From Utricularia gibba (Eukaryota; Plantae; Magnoliophyta): a DNA stretch of 64,000 nt. The DNA lies in the NCBI GenBank assembly GCA_002189035.1, contig NEEC01000014.1, positions 62,001-126,000 on the forward strand. Direction: 5' to 3'. Within the stretch, counting starts at the first letter, position 1; every line of letters starts with the position of its first letter. The notes under the pieces are model-generated. The model was not told where the DNA came from and did not search any database. It worked only from the letters and a program-made list of their open reading frames with translations. The translations under genes and the position numbers were made by a program. Shown here one piece after another: positions 42,848 to 53,151 of the stretch.

Positions 42848-43022
42848 ACGAGCCGAGGCCCAAAAAGGGCCAGGGCTTCCAAAAATTGACGGGCAAGCCC
42901 ACCAAAGTAGGGCGGGACTCACTCGCCTTTTGAAGGTGTGTTCGCACGTGGGCGTCGGCACGACTCGCCCTCTCTATACGATCATTAGCGAGTCGACACG
43001 TCACCCCCGACGGGACAGGGCT
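42848..43022 (-). ncRNA. U4atac: U4atac minor spliceosomal snRNA
   Basis: Minus strand carries GACUCGCU-AAUGAUCGUAUAGAGAG-GGCGAGUC (k-turn stem-loop), GUGCCGAC, AAGGCGAGUG..CUACUUUGGUGGGCUUGCCCGUC, Sm site AAUUUUUGG (42879-42887) and a terminal hairpin GGCCC-U5-GGGCC, followed by a near-consensus 3' box CA-N8-AGTCAA. Closely matches the Arabidopsis U4atac sequence as I recall it. Confidence 0.9.
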
Positions 43023-43047
43023 AAGATGCTGCTGGGGAATCCGCCAT

Positions 43048-43099
43048 TATTTATAATGGATAGACAAACGCCTCACGAGGTGCAATTCCGATGTGGGAC
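43048..43099 (-). promoter_or_regulatory. Plant snRNA Pol II promoter: USE plus TATA
   Basis: Exact USE GTCCCACATCG (43099-43089) and TTATAAATA (43056-43048). The spacing of about 33 nt is the Pol II type; Pol III genes are about 10 nt shorter. Confidence 0.9.
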
Positions 43100-44083
43100 G
43101 CAAGTGGGTGAAAGGTCCTCGAGAAAACCGAATAATTAATTAAATACTTTTTTTCGACGTATTCATATCATATTATTCTCTCTCTCTCGGTCGCTATGGG
43201 GAGGGGTGCCAGCCGTCCACTTGTGTGTCCTGGATAGGATAGGATAGGATGGCTTGGCACCAGAAGCATCCTGTTGTACGGGGGTGTGGATGTGGGACCA
43301 CCTTCGCACTGGGAGGAGGAGACGTGGCGTGGTTTCCAATTCCAAAATAATATTAACTGGGAACTGTTTGCTTTTTGAAATTTGAAATTTCATCAAGTTG
43401 TGCAACTGCAGACCCAACTCAAGGAACCGACTGAATCACCAGAGCATTTCCGTAGATGGATGGGTAGGTGTGGAACTTTTACTGAAACTTTGGTGCAACC
43501 GGACCCGACCGAGACCGTCCTTGGTTGGATCCGATTAGATTTTCAGAGGCTTTGGTTGTGACACACGAGTTAGGACGCCACGTGAGCCATAATGAGTGGT
43601 TTAGGGCTTCTCCATCGAGCCATCAATTTCTTGCCTCGTGTCGTGTCTCTCTGGTGACACATCATGGCATGGCATTGCCCGGGCTTCTTCAATTCCGAAC
43701 CGCGTCGGCGAATCGAAAGGGCACATACGTACTACTATTTGTTGCATGGACACCCAAAATGACGAGTGCGCTCTCCACTCTAGACTCTTCGCTTTACTTA
43801 TCATCATCACAAGTAAAACCAATTTCACTCCAACCCAACACAACACAGCATCCCTCCCCAATCCAATCCACCTCTGCAGTTTCATCTTCCTTTGGCTTAT
43901 GACTCTCCACGTCTCGGGATCCGGAACAGATTCGAGGTCTTTCCTTCCTGCTTCCCTCCTTTTTTATTATCATCATTATTCTTGTGGTTGATGAGCTTCT
44001 ATCAGGGTTGCAAGGTGCTCCCCCCTCTATTCTTCGAATCTGAAACTGCTGAAACTGCCCGGATTTGTGTGGTATGCAGGTTG

Positions 44084-45493
44084 ATGGATCGCATTTCATC
44101 CATGTTCGACGGAATAACGAGGTCATTTTCGATCAGGACACCAAAAAATACTCATAACAGTGATTGGAGAGAGGCAGTTGAATCGATGGCGAAAGACGCG
44201 AAGAAAAACCATGACCGGATATTGAAAAACTCGGGTTTCATTAACGGAGAAGGCTCCAGAACTCTGGTTTCTGTGTATTCAAAGCGAGGAGGCAAGGGCA
44301 CCAATCAGGATTGCTGTATTGTTTGGGAGGTACATATTTTGCGATGTCGGAGTCGGCAGCTTCCTTCGCTTTGTTTAGTTCCGGCTTCCGTATGTGAATG
44401 AAGCGGTATGCTGTTCTTTTTTTTTTTTTACTTGTTCAGGAATTTGGGTGTCAACGAGACATGGTATTTTGTGGGATATTTGATGGGCACGGTTCTTGGG
44501 GCATGTTGTGGCAAAATGTGTCAGAAGCTCATTGCCCAAGTCTCTCCTCTTCTACTGGAAAGAAGCTTCCATGAATCCGGAATTTAGCTTGAATCCAAAT
44601 GATAAGCTTCAACTTCTCAATTTATGGAAGCATTCTTTTACCAAGGCTTGTGCTGTAGTGGATCAGGAGCTTCAGCGCAATCGTAGAATCGACTCATTCT
44701 ACAGCGGATCAACTGCCTTGACTGCTATAAGACAGGTATCAATTGGAGGCTCTTGAAAATCTTTGAGTGTGGATGGATATGCCAACACCCATCAAACTGT
44801 GCTTTACTTTTTCAGGGTGATAACATTTTGTTGGCAAATGTGGGAGACTCACGAGCGGTTCTTGCTACAACCTCTGATGAAGGAAACTTAATGGCTGTGC
44901 AGCTCACTGTCGATTTCAAGCCCGATCTGCCTTGTTAGAACTTTAAAGTCTGCTCAATGCAAAATGCATTGTCCTAGAAACGAGGCTGATTAGATCATGA
45001 AAATGTTGTTTACAGATGAAGCTGAACGGATAGCTGAGTGCAGAGGTAGAATCTTTTGCCAAAGGGATGAGCCAGGGATCCACAGAGTGTGGAGGCCACA
45101 TGAAGAAATGCCTGGGCTTGCAATGTCTAGAGCATTTGGTGACTATTGTTTGAAGGATTTTGGGCTTATTTCAGTTCCTGAAGTGGTACATAGAACTGTA
45201 ACCTGTAAAGACCAGTTCATCATCCTCGCCACTGATGGGGTTCGTATGATCGTCCTGATTAATTGTATACATTTCAGTAGTTTCGAAACTGAGTGGTTTT
45301 TTTTTTCTTGTTCTATCGGTTGAAGGTATGGGATGTGATATCGAATCAAGAAGCTGTAATGATAGTATCCACGGTGACTGAACGCGAGAAGTCCGCCAAA
45401 AGACTGGTGGAGAGTGCTGCCAAGGCATGGAAGAGGAAGAGGAGAGGCATAGCAATGGATGATGTCTCTGCATCTGTATTATTTTTACAGTAA
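44084..45493 (+). CDS. Clade E PP2C (EGR-like), multi-exon
   Basis: MDRISSMFDGITRSFSIR, SKRGGKGTNQDC, GIFDGHG, ANVGDSRAV, GLAMSRAFGD, ILATDGVWD and AMDDVS. Apparent -1 indel at 44498-44501. Confidence 0.9.
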
Positions 45494-45935
45494 ACCATCT
45501 CCTTTGTGCAACCAAACTGTCTCCAGCTCGCTTCTGTAGTGAAGGGCAACCGCACAAGTTGTGGTTCAAATGTCGCTTGCCATTTACCTCTGTTAAAAGG
45601 TAAAAGATTTCATTTCACCCGACTTCAAAATTTTTCCTTTGTTTAGCACGAGTAACTTCAACTGAGAGTTGCCTGCCTAAGAATCATGGCTTGCTTCAGG
45701 ATTAAGCCAATTCTTGATCCATATGGAGCCTAACTGCGGAATAATTTTTGTACTCAGAATCAAGGTACTGAAAGAGATAAAGGGAGGGAGCATAACTTGA
45801 ACTTTCCCAAGAGGATAACTAAAGTATATTTTCTCTTCTCCTTTCTCTCAAGCAATCCCATCTTTCTTTAAATCATCATAACAGAAGCACGAACCACTTG
45901 TTTTGTTCCTCTCCAGGCTCATGCACTGAAACTTG

Positions 45936-47612
45936 ATGGCATTTGCGTATTTCCTTCTCTTCACCTTCGTTTCTTCCCTTAGTTTTACATCCCATGGCGT
46001 CTCAAATCAAAACCAAACTTTCGATCCCATGATCAGCAGTTTTTGCAGTGAAATTAACAGCCGAGATTCCTGCATTGCTTCTTTAAACTCCCATATCGAA
46101 GCAGGTGGCCATCGTAGCCCGGGCGCAATTCTCGGAGCGGCCCTCCGTCACACACTGAATCAAACACAATCTGCTATGGAAGCTCTAACAAAGTTCACCA
46201 CCCTGTCTGTAAGCCATCGTGAACAGATAGCTATAGAGGATTGCAAGGAACTTCTCGACTTCTCTGTCTCAGAGCTGGCATCATCCTTAGAGGAAATGAA
46301 CAAAATCAACTCCGGTATAGGGAACCAACACTCTGCCGGGAACCTGAAGGCCTGGCTCAGCGCAGCTCTGAGCAACCAAGATACTTGCCTTGAGGGCTTT
46401 TCAGGCACTAATCGCCTTCTGGAGAAATTCATTAGAGGAGATTTATTCCAAGTAAATCAACTGATTGCGAATGCGCTAAGTCTCTACACCAAAATGCAGA
46501 GGCCTCGTTTCAAGCCACAGAGCAACGACACCGATGGCGGTAGAAATTTTCCGGCATGGATAACCAGGGGTGATGAAGAGCTTCTTCTCTCGAATCCCCA
46601 CGGAATGCAAGTAGATGCTGTGGTGTCGACGGATGAAGAGGGGCATTACCGGTCGATCATGCAGGCAATACTTGAGGCTCCAAATCATAGTGCCAGGAGG
46701 TATGTGATATACGTGAAGAAGGGAATTTACAAAGAGAATGTAGATATCAAGAAGAGGAAGACTAACATCATGCTCATTGGAGACGGGGTGGGGAAAACGA
46801 TTATCACCGGAGATCGGAACTTCTTACAGGGATGGACCACTTTTCATACAGCAACCTTCGGTAAGTTAAAGGGAAAGCCTCTTCTTGAACTATCCTTGAA
46901 CTCATTGAAGGGAAAGGCTGACTTCTCGGTTCTTTATGCAGCTGTTTCCGGAAAGGGGTTCATAGCGAGGGACATTACATTTCGCAACACCGCCGGCCCG
47001 GGGAATCGACAAGCTGTAGCGTTACGAGTCGACTCCGATCATTCAGCGTTCTACAGGTGCAGCATGGAAGGATACCAAGACACTCTTTACGCTCACTCCC
47101 TCCGCCAATTCTACCGCGAATGCTCCATTTCCGGCACCATCGACTTTATCTTCGGCAATGGTGCTGCTGTCTTCCAAAACTGCAGGATCTATACAAGGAG
47201 GCCACTGCCGCAACAGAAGGTGACGATAACTGCCCAAGGGCGGAAGAATCCTCATCAGAGCACTGGATTCTCCTTCCAAAATAGCGTGATCTACGCGACA
47301 CGGCCCACGTATCTAGGCCGGCCATGGAAGCTGTATTCAAGGACGGTATTCATGAACACTTACATGAGCTCGATGGTGCAGCCTAGTGGATGGCTGGAGT
47401 GGATTGGGGATTTTGCGCTGGACACTTTGTACTACGGGGAGTATAGGAACTATGGCCCCGGAGCTGCTCTCGCCGGCAGGGTGAAGTGGCCGGGATATCA
47501 CATCATCAACGACGCCTCCACGGCGGAGTTGTTCACCGCCGGCAAATTCATCGACGGGACGGCCTGGCTGCCGGCCACCGGTATAAAGTTCAGCTTGGGA
47601 CTCAGTGACTAG
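45936..47612 (+). CDS. PME: Pectin methylesterase with PMEI pro-domain (PME22-like), one intron at 46861-46941
   Basis: Signal peptide, AIEDCKELL, WLSAALSNQDTC, QAVALRVDSD, YQDTLYAH, GTIDFIFG and YLGRPWKLYSRTV. Confidence 0.95.
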   Translation: MAFAYFLLFTFVSSLSFTSHGVSNQNQTFDPMISSFCSEINSRDSCIASLNSHIEAGGHRSPGAILGAALRHTLNQTQSAMEALTKFTTLSVSHREQIAIEDCKELLDFSVSELASSLEEMNKINSGIGNQHSAGNLKAWLSAALSNQDTCLEGFSGTNRLLEKFIRGDLFQVNQLIANALSLYTKMQRPRFKPQSNDTDGGRNFPAWITRGDEELLLSNPHGMQVDAVVSTDEEGHYRSIMQAILEAPNHSARRYVIYVKKGIYKENVDIKKRKTNIMLIGDGVGKTIITGDRNFLQGWTTFHTATFGKLKGKPLLELSLNSLKGKADFSVLYAAVSGKGFIARDITFRNTAGPGNRQAVALRVDSDHSAFYRCSMEGYQDTLYAHSLRQFYRECSISGTIDFIFGNGAAVFQNCRIYTRRPLPQQKVTITAQGRKNPHQSTGFSFQNSVIYATRPTYLGRPWKLYSRTVFMNTYMSSMVQPSGWLEWIGDFALDTLYYGEYRNYGPGAALAGRVKWPGYHIINDASTAELFTAGKFIDGTAWLPATGIKFSLGLSD

Positions 47613-47839
47613 TACCGTAAACAATGCATCCTTGTGTGTAGCACTGCAGTTTATTATTCAAAATGTGTGACTTCTAACGTAATACTTCAGCAAGAGCTGA
47701 TTAGAATTTACTGTACTTCGTACGACGTCGTATCGTCGTCGTGAATTCCTAAATCTTAGGTCTTTGGAATTCTGTGACAAATTTTCTCCGCCATTTCCAT
47801 ATTGAAATTTCTGCATTGTCTGCGGCCTGGGGGTTTTCC

Positions 47840-49053
47840 ATGGCGTCTTCCTCTACAACGTCGTCTTCTTCCTCCGATGGATCCCGCCACCGACGGCGGC
47901 GCCATAGATCGAGAAACGAGAAAGATTCTGTTAAAGTTAGCAAAAGAAGCCGCTGCGACAAGAAACGTCGACATAAGCGCCATTCATCGTCCTCATCCGA
48001 TGGTTCCTCCTTCGGAGGCCACAGGTCACTCATGCAAATGCTGTGAGGTTTAGAGTGCGCGAGTGCAAATTTTGATCTTTAATTTGCGCTGACGAGAAGT
48101 GATTTTCATGCACCCGTTTACCTTTCATCCCTGTGCGTTCTTCTAATGTTCTCTCTAATGGTATTTAACTCAGTTCTTCAGAAAGCGACCATCAAGTATC
48201 CCATCGTTCAAAGAAGCACAAACGTGGTGATGGATCGAAGAAGGTAACCTTATAAAGGATGTGTCTTGGTTGCTAGTTTTATGGTTCGTGCCTCGTGTGG
48301 TGTGATTTACTTGGTTCTCGCTTATCAGGACAAGGATAGATTAAAACGAAAAAGACATAGTGATCGACACCATAAACAAAAGTCTAAAGAGGTAATCATC
48401 GTGTTACCTCCCAAACTTGTATTCTTTTAACAGAAAATTGCTTGGCCGCTTCTAGTATACGTTGATCGTTTTGCTCTCACCACTCTTCACTATTCAATTC
48501 TTATCTTTCTTTCTGCCTTATTCATGTGGCTCTTCGAAATTGGAGCTGGTTTGTTGGCGGGAATACGGTGTGCTATTGATTGGCTTGTCCGGATGTTTGT
48601 GGCGTCTTTTGATTCCAATTTGAGGCATATATAGAAAATGCAGGAGGAAAATAGTGGCCCTGTGCAGCTCTCCAAGGTCTTCGACCCTCATTTAGATATG
48701 CAGTTAGCGTCATGATTCCACTTGTTTCAAGTTCCTATTGGTGATTTCTATTGCTAATATCATTTTACACACTGCCTTCAGTTCTTGGGAAAGGAGAAAG
48801 ATGACGCAGCCCCCCGTAGTGCTATTTCTGGGAAAAAGGTGCACCCTAATCCATTCTTGCACGTTGATGAATTTTCATATTAACAATTTTAGATATCCCT
48901 TCAACGGCTTTCGTTTTGCCCTGAAATCATAAAAATCATTCTCTTTTTTCTATTCGATAGATACTATTGAAGATGGAGAAAACAAAGGAGGACAAATTGG
49001 CTGAAAACAATCGAAATGAACTGTTGAAGTTCTTGAATGCCAGTTATGACTGA
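47840..49053 (+). CDS. Small Arg/Ser/Lys/His-rich protein of unknown function, multi-exon
   Basis: Exons splice to MASSSTTSSSSSDGSRHRRRRH...RSAISGKKILLKMEKTKEDKLAENNRNELLKFLNASYD-stop using GT-AG sites; the C-terminus looks conserved. Confidence 0.75.
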
Positions 49054-49540
49054 CTTCTAAAATCGGCTGTTTTCTTTAGGCTCCCAAATCTTGAGAAGTT
49101 TGTAGATACTTATGGACTTTGATCTCTAATTGCGTCGTGATATTCGATGTGTTCTGAACCCTGCAAAAAGATGCGTTCGGTGTGTGGTAATTTTAGTTTC
49201 TCTTTGAATGAAATATCAATTATGGTATTCAAATGAGAGCGCCAGGCAGGAGTTGTTCCTTTTGCTTTGACTCTGAATCGTGAGAATTGTTGGTTTCCTG
49301 GTGAATAAGGACAGCACAGCACGCATGTATGGTGATTGCGATTGATGAATCAGCTTCTGCGCAACGCTTGTGATGAATCCTGTGCATGTCACTGTGACGA
49401 CTGCACCTCTGTTCTGGTCTGGATTCGTAGTTGGGTCACAGGATTCGATTTGTTTCCTAATCTTTGCGTTGGGATTATTTGCAGGATTCTTACTTGCGGG
49501 AACATTTTCTTGTTGAGGGACTAACCGCGATGATTAAGCG

Positions 49541-50115
49541 CTAGTAAGCAGCAGGACCAGGGGTGTGCAGCCTGTGGTCCACTATTGGCGTAGCAACCGC
49601 TGAGCACTTGGCCACAGCTCTGACACTGTCTATTAGCGCCTGAGTTCGAGCGTCGTGGGCCAGTATCTCCGACAGCTCATCCGGGCTGATCACCAATCTC
49701 ACCTTCCACACTTCCCCGGCCGCCGAGCTGCATCGTGGGGGCGCCGCCGCCGCCGCCGCTGCTGCTTCGGAAGCTTTCCTCACCAGCGGCACTCGCATGG
49801 AGGATGAGGAGGAGCCGTTACAACTCTCCGCCGCGGACTTGCTGCTTTTAGTCCTGTGGTGGGGAGAGGGAGGAGGTAGTAGTGTTCGCCGGGACGGAGG
49901 CGGTGGTCGCCGGGGAGCGGCGGGGAGAGGGGGTGCGTAGTCCTGAAAAGTGCGTGGCCGGGGAATTCGTGGGTGACGCAAGCGGCGGTTATGGGGGCGT
50001 AAAGCTCCATGAGTCCTCCGGTGGAAGTGAGGATCTTGACCATGTCCTCCAGCACGCTGCCGCTGCCGCTTCTGGTGTGGCCGTGGGGTGGCTCTTTGCA
50101 CATGCAGCTCCCCAT
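49541..50115 (-). CDS. DUF4228 / PADRE-domain protein
   Basis: MGSCMC..VKILTSTGGLMELYAPITA..LRPGEHYYLLP then GEVWKVRLVISPDELSEIL, split across two frames at the G-run 49861-49864. Confidence 0.85.
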
Positions 50116-51605
50116 GGGGTGTGGGATCAGAAAAGGAGAGCGAATCGGAAGCTGCCTCAGCCTGCCTGCCTCTCTGTCTGTCTGTCTGTCAAGCGTGGAC
50201 CGGAAATATATACAATACATGCATGCATACACACACATAGTCGCTCCCTCTCTCTCTCTCTCTCTACACACAATGCCAGGTGTATTTGTGTGAGAGAGAG
50301 AGAGGGGGGGAGAGATGCAGGAGTGGCATGCCCATGCACACAGCAACTGCCAGCAAGTAAAAAGTAGCTACGGGAGGGAGGGAGGGGTTGAGTTGAGGTT
50401 TGGTGTGGGTGCAGCAGGCATCTTGGTAAGGGCCCCCGGCTTCGCCTTCTCCTTCCTTATGAGACCTAACTATGTCTAGGCATTTAAGCCACCACTGGTT
50501 GGTTCCCAAAGCCATGGATGGGCCCGGGTGCAGCGCAAGAGATTAACTTTGCATTCGCTGCTGGGCTGGGCTGGGCCGCCTGGGGTTTTGGGTCCTCCCT
50601 GTCGGGTCGGAGCTGTCTCCCCACTTCTCGAGCCCATACCACCTCTCCGGAATGCAGCAGCAGCCTGTTCCTCCTCTCTGCGTAAGCCTCCTCCGATCCG
50701 ATCTGCGGATTCGCGCTTCGGAGTTACTGGAAGACACTCCTCCGATCTTTTCCTTTTTTTTATTGTCCTACACAGACTGAATCAACCAATAAATTATTGG
50801 GAGTGGGAGGGAGGGGGAGGGCTCGGCTTCGTCATCGGCATTGAATTGTGTGTTCAGTTAGCGGTTGGCGGAAATGTAATTCAGCGGCATGGAGCTCCAC
50901 ACGGATCTTATCTCCTCCTCATTTACTCCATCTGCAGCTATGCTGTGCCCTCCATCAAGTAAGTTTCTTCTTTTTTTTTTTTTTTCCCTTTTTGAATTCC
51001 CGGCGACCGACTTTCCTTGGTCTTCAACAAAGAAGAAAGAAGAAAGAAGAAAGGATTTGGGCGGTGAGGTGCGGTGCCCCCATCCGTCGTCCAACGAGAA
51101 AACCTAACCTTCACTTCCGACTCCTCCCAACTTAATTCTGCCCTACCGGCTACTGTACTGTATCAGCCGAACGACCTACTTACTCTACGCTCTTTAAAAA
51201 AAAAGAAAAACGGTTGCTCAACCACCGTCGTGGAGGTTGACTTTCCAAGATACTATTAGTAAATACCACAACTGGCGCCTGTGAAATGCGACTAAAAAAC
51301 CCCTAATAATGATAATAAACAGGTTTTTTCTGCATTTGTATATGGATTCCAATGCCAAGTGTTTGTTTGTGGTTGAAGCCATGGTGGGAGGAGGAAGTGG
51401 GATCGGCGGGCGGATGCGGGGCGTGGGACAGAAGGGTTAATCGTTTCATAAATGCCACTTGTGAAGGACTGCCGGTGGCCTCTCCTCTCAATCTCAGCCC
51501 CTAACCAACATAATTTACGCGTGTAGGGTTGGTATGATCCGGTGTGTTCATATATGTACCAAGTACACCACCCCCCATCAGCTTCACTAAAGTCCGTCCT
51601 CCTCA

Positions 51606-51622
51606 CCCCCCCCCCCCCCCCC
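51606..51622. repeat. C17 homopolymer just upstream of the epoxide hydrolase ATG
   Basis: Directly visible; the exact length is unreliable in this assembly. Confidence 0.8.
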
Positions 51623-51636
51623 AGAAGACACACGAG

Positions 51637-53009
51637 ATGGACGGCGTCAGGCACACCACCGTCAGACTTAACGGCGGCCTCAACATGCGCGTCGCGGAGG
51701 CGGGTACGGGCCCAGTCGTCCTCCTCCTCCACGGCTTCCCGGAACTCTGGTACACCTGGCGCCACCAGATGCGTGCCCTGGCCGCACAGGGCTACCGCGC
51801 CGTCGCGCCGGACCTTCGTGGCTTCGCGGGCACGGACTCCCCGTCGGACGTGTCCGCGTACTCGTGTCTCCACGTCGTCGGCGACATCGTGGGGCTGATA
51901 CGGTCCCTGGGCGACGACGGAATATTCCTGGTGGCCCACGATTGGGGCGCCATGATCGGGTGGTACCTCTGCCTTTTCCGGCCGGACCTGGTCAAAGCGT
52001 ACGTCGCCCTGACGGTGCCGTTCCGGCCACGGCACCCGGAGGTGAAACCCGTGCAAGGCTTGAGAGCTGTGTTCGGCGAGGACTACTACATGTGCAGATT
52101 CCAGGTCGGTATCTATCTATCTATCATATCTCGAGCGGTGCCCCGTTGGTTCACTCATTACTCCATTCATGATCCCAATCCATCAACCACCCCCGTCCTA
52201 GTCCATGAATACCGCCCCGCCCCGTCTCCTACTCCTACTGGAATTCCTTCCTTCGGATTTACAAAATGCATGACATGAAATGAAGCCCCGTGAGGGCAGA
52301 GGAGGGCAGGGCAGTTTTACATTTAATGCCTTGCCGTCTTGATTTTGAAACACGCAAATATTTAATGCCCATCACTCAGATCTCTTCGTCTGTACGACTC
52401 ACCCGCCCGCCTTTTAATGATTTCACCAGGAGCCTGGGAAAATAGAACAAGAAATTGCCAAGGTAGGCTCCGAGCTGGTGATCAGGAAGGTCCTCGCCTC
52501 CCGGACACCCGCTCCCCCTCGTTTGAAGGCGGAGGACCCCTTTGGATCCGGATCCGAACCCGGAGAAATCGAGCTGCCGGCGTGGCTGACGGAGGAGGAC
52601 ATCAAATACTACGCCCGGAACTACGATGACAAGGGCTTTACCGGAGGACTGAACTACTACCGCGCCCTTGATTTGTACGCTGCTTTCCCCTTCCCTACTT
52701 GGTTTGGGCATTTGGGAGAAGTCCCGCGTGTTGATCACGATGCCCTTGTTGGATGGATGCAGGAACTGGGAGCTGACGGCAGCCTGGGACGGGGCGAAGG
52801 TGAGGGTGCCGGTGAAGTTCGTCGTTGGAGACCTGGATATGGTGTACAACACTCCCGGCGTCAAGGAGTACGTGCACGGCGGGGAGTTCAAGAACGACGT
52901 CCCCCTCCTGGAGGAATGCGTCGTGATCCACGATGCCGGACACTTCATCAATCAGGAGAGGCCTGAAGAGATCAATGCCCTCATCCTCGATTTCATAAAC
53001 AAGTTCTGA
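51637..53009 (+). CDS. Soluble epoxide hydrolase (alpha/beta hydrolase), 3 exons
   Basis: LLLHGFPELWYTWRHQ, AHDWGA nucleophile, YYMCRFQ, GGLNYYRA, VGDLD and GHFINQE. Confidence 0.95.
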
Positions 53010-53151
53010 CAACCCTGTCCCTTGGCTTTGCCATGTATTCATTGGATCTCACCTACTAGTAGTGTGTTCTCGTTTGGATGACCAACACACACGTTTGGTT
53101 TTTATTTTGTTGCTAGTGTTGGGTTAGTATTAGGCCTGGGGGGGTGGGGGC

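Noticed and set aside
46560-46600. PME linker lacks an RRLL/RKLL processing motif (DEELL)
   Set aside because: As I recall, the PME22 clade also lacks it, so it is probably not novel.
51292-52056. 254-aa minus-strand ORF
   Set aside because: Antisense shadow of the GC-rich epoxide hydrolase exon; most other overlapping ORFs in the track are similar shadows.
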